From positions 1 through 59,222 of the IMG/VR virus record IMGVR_UViG_3300043411_000192: a DNA stretch of 59,222 nucleotides. One strand, given 5' to 3'. Of this stretch, positions 58,426 to 59,222 are shown piece after piece. The position numbers and the translations under genes are program-made. Within the stretch, counting starts at the first letter, position 1, and each line of letters opens with the position of its first letter. This DNA is from a virus (lineage: Duplodnaviria; Caudoviricetes). Under the pieces are notes generated by a model. It searched no databases. It was given only the letters and a program-made list of their open reading frames with translations, and was not told the origin of the DNA.

Positions 58426-58880
58426 TGGCTAAATACGGAACATTCAAATATGGTGACGGAACTCTTTACGGTGATGGAGAGGCTATTTTTCCTATTCCCG
58501 GTTTGACTAGGGTGCCTTGGATATTAAAGGATCTTGCAGGGAACGACGAATATGAATTCGCTGTTAATCCCCTAGATGCTGATGTGCCTGTGGCTAAGAA
58601 GTCTGTCTCTACAAATTATACGTCAGCAGGGTTAGCCATCAACTGGGAAGGTCGAGAGCAACCTCAAACCATGTCCTTCTCCGGTACCATTCTTACCGAA
58701 GAGCATTATGAGATTATGATTGAGTGGGTTAATAAATCTACTCAGGTTAATATTTCTGACGACCTTGATAGAAAATATTGGGTACTGTTGACTTCTTTTT
58801 CTCCTAAAAGAGTTTATGTTCCAGAGTATCCTTGGAGGCACGAATATACCGCCGAGGCAACAATTCTATCTTGGAACTAG
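58425..58880 (+). CDS. Minor tail protein (distal-tail/Dit-like), paralog 2
   Basis: ATG 58425 (TAATG overlap, AGGAG RBS); similar to 54907-55320. Confidence 0.6.
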   Translation: MAKYGTFKYGDGTLYGDGEAIFPIPGLTRVPWILKDLAGNDEYEFAVNPLDADVPVAKKSVSTNYTSAGLAINWEGREQPQTMSFSGTILTEEHYEIMIEWVNKSTQVNISDDLDRKYWVLLTSFSPKRVYVPEYPWRHEYTAEATILSWN

Positions 58881-58893
58881 CATCTCATAACTA

Positions 58894-58910
58894 GTCGTAA
58901 TATAGAATAG
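58894..58910 (+). promoter_or_regulatory. Variant late-promoter motif
   Basis: GTCGTAatatagaATAG in the intergenic gap. Confidence 0.45.
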
Positions 58911-58933
58911 GATGCAAAGGAAATAGGAGAAAA

Positions 58934-59222
58934 ATGAGATTTACCCCAAGTATTTTTGATGGTGCAAAATCTAGAAACTTTATTGGTAATAATGCCAATC
59001 ATGGACGTGTGACTGTAGATCCTTACTGGCAGCTAAAAACAACGCCCCCAGTTTACGGTTCTTCTTATCGTGGACCCTTCCGTTATTACACTGACGGCGC
59101 TCCTATTGAATATGAAGTTCCTTCTATTAAGACTATCTCTTGGAATAGATCGAACACGCAGGATCTAGCTTCTTGTAATATCTCCATGTATAATACTTGG
59201 CACAATCTGAATGAAGAAGAAC
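58934..59222 (+). CDS. Partial minor tail protein (possibly baseplate hub/Tal-like); runs off the window edge
   Basis: AGGAG RBS, then MRFTPSIFDGAKSRNF...IKTISWNRSNTQDLASCNISMYN, open to the end. Confidence 0.6.
   Translation, partial: MRFTPSIFDGAKSRNFIGNNANHGRVTVDPYWQLKTTPPVYGSSYRGPFRYYTDGAPIEYEVPSIKTISWNRSNTQDLASCNISMYNTWHNLNEEE

Noticed and set aside
1-59222. Stop-codon reassignment, given the abundance of CTAG
   Set aside because: Genes are full length in the standard code, and TAG terminates several well-supported genes (e.g. 29205, 44211, 58880).

Overview
A 59 kb segment of a large tailed dsDNA bacteriophage. The backbone is AT-rich (about 40% GC by eye) with several sharply bounded GC-rich patches. 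Left to right it carries: leftward early genes; an intein-interrupted M15-type endolysin; an intein-interrupted metallophosphoesterase; a promoter-bounded, highly structured ~400-nt non-coding region; a FliA/WhiG-like (sigma-28 family) sigma factor; class I ribonucleotide reductase (alpha subunit with a Gln-ending intein, plus beta subunit); a holin and a NinG-like nuclease; and an 8-gene glycosylation cluster (5 GT2-like glycosyltransferases, 2 SAM methyltransferases, an RmlD-like reductase). A siphovirus-like morphogenesis module follows: intein-containing TerL, portal, protease, scaffold, capsid, head-tail proteins, Thr-rich collagen-like fibres, tail tube, frameshifted chaperones, a 3435-aa tape measure and distal tail proteins. 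Best leads: (1) an enzyme-like module (DUF3626/ADP-ribosyltransferase-like) and a winged helix inside the tape measure; (2) an intein beside the catalytic Arg of the endolysin; (3) the candidate structured RNA; (4) a possible BclA-like glycosylated fibre system; (5) a recurring G(A/C)CGAT-N7-ATAG motif before late genes that plausibly matches the phage sigma factor. All family assignments come from motif recognition by eye; no database searches were run. An actinobacterial host is only an inference.
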